Source: an uncultured delta proteobacterium
GTDB taxonomy: Bacteria > Myxococcota_A > Polyangia > Polyangiales > B10-G4
Assembly (NCBI GenBank): GCA_963727445.1
Contig: CAVSGI010000012.1
Coordinates: forward strand, 1-64,000
DNA: 64,000 bases
Direction of reading: 5' to 3'
Made by a program: the position numbers and the translations under genes. Below the pieces are notes generated by a model. It saw only the letters and a list, made by a program, of their open reading frames with translations. It was not told the DNA's origin and did not search any database. Each line of letters begins with the position of its first letter. The stretch's first letter is position 1. Shown piece by piece: positions 63,643 to 64,000 of this stretch.

Positions 63643-64000
63643 ATGAGTCGAGAGGCCCCCCTCACCGCAGCGACACGGTATCTGGCGCGTCATCCTGGCG
63701 AGGTTGCGCGCGTGCTTCGCAGCCTGATCGGTTTGCGACTCGGCGTCCCCCTGGATGCCTTTCGATGGATGGCCGAGCAGGCCGAGGCGTCGGGCAAAGC
63801 TCAGGACGTCACCATCGACGCGGTGCCTCCTGGTGTTCGCGTCGGCGCCACCGTCGATCTGATGGGGACGATCGTTCGTGCGTCGGCCATCGTGTTCGTC
63901 GATCGGATGGTGCTCAACGGCGAGCGCCTTCAGATCGACGTCCGCCTCGAAGGTGTGAACCTCTCGTTGGTCGAGGATTCGGATTCGCCGGTCGCGATGC
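63643..64000 (+). CDS. Hypothetical protein, runs off the window
   Basis: Open frame from the ATG at 63643 with GC3 bias. Confidence 0.65.
   Translation, partial: MSREAPLTAATRYLARHPGEVARVLRSLIGLRLGVPLDAFRWMAEQAEASGKAQDVTIDAVPPGVRVGATVDLMGTIVRASAIVFVDRMVLNGERLQIDVRLEGVNLSLVEDSDSPVAM

Overview
This GC-rich window looks myxobacterial (Polyangiales/Sandaracinus-like gene content; inferred, not searched). About 1-56.9 kb is a heavily shuffled accessory region. It holds IS21, IS66 scars, two IS4-family elements, an IS481-like three-gene element, an IS110/IS1111 element, a RAYT-like HUH transposase with REP-like repeats, many lipoprotein genes and numerous gene fragments. About 57-64 kb looks like core genome: flotillin-NfeD operon, sigma-54 activator and a two-component system. 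The main unexplained structure is a ~123-bp non-coding, hairpin-rich repeat (CCGGTTTCCAGCCTCCACGGAAGCCAACCCCTTCACCGG...GGAGGCCGTTCATGGTTACTACCCGC) present in 13 full or half copies. Eight of them cluster at 22.4-32.2 kb. Copies sit exactly at the breakpoints of truncated genes and bracket 0.3-2 kb pieces of unrelated DNA. One repeat-cargo-repeat unit splits a gene that rejoins in frame when the unit is removed. The repeat is also hit by three different IS elements. The IS110/IS1111 element carries a 12-nt exact match to its target in the repeat within its downstream non-coding region, a candidate bridge/seek RNA guide. All calls come from reading the sequence by eye; no database searches were run.
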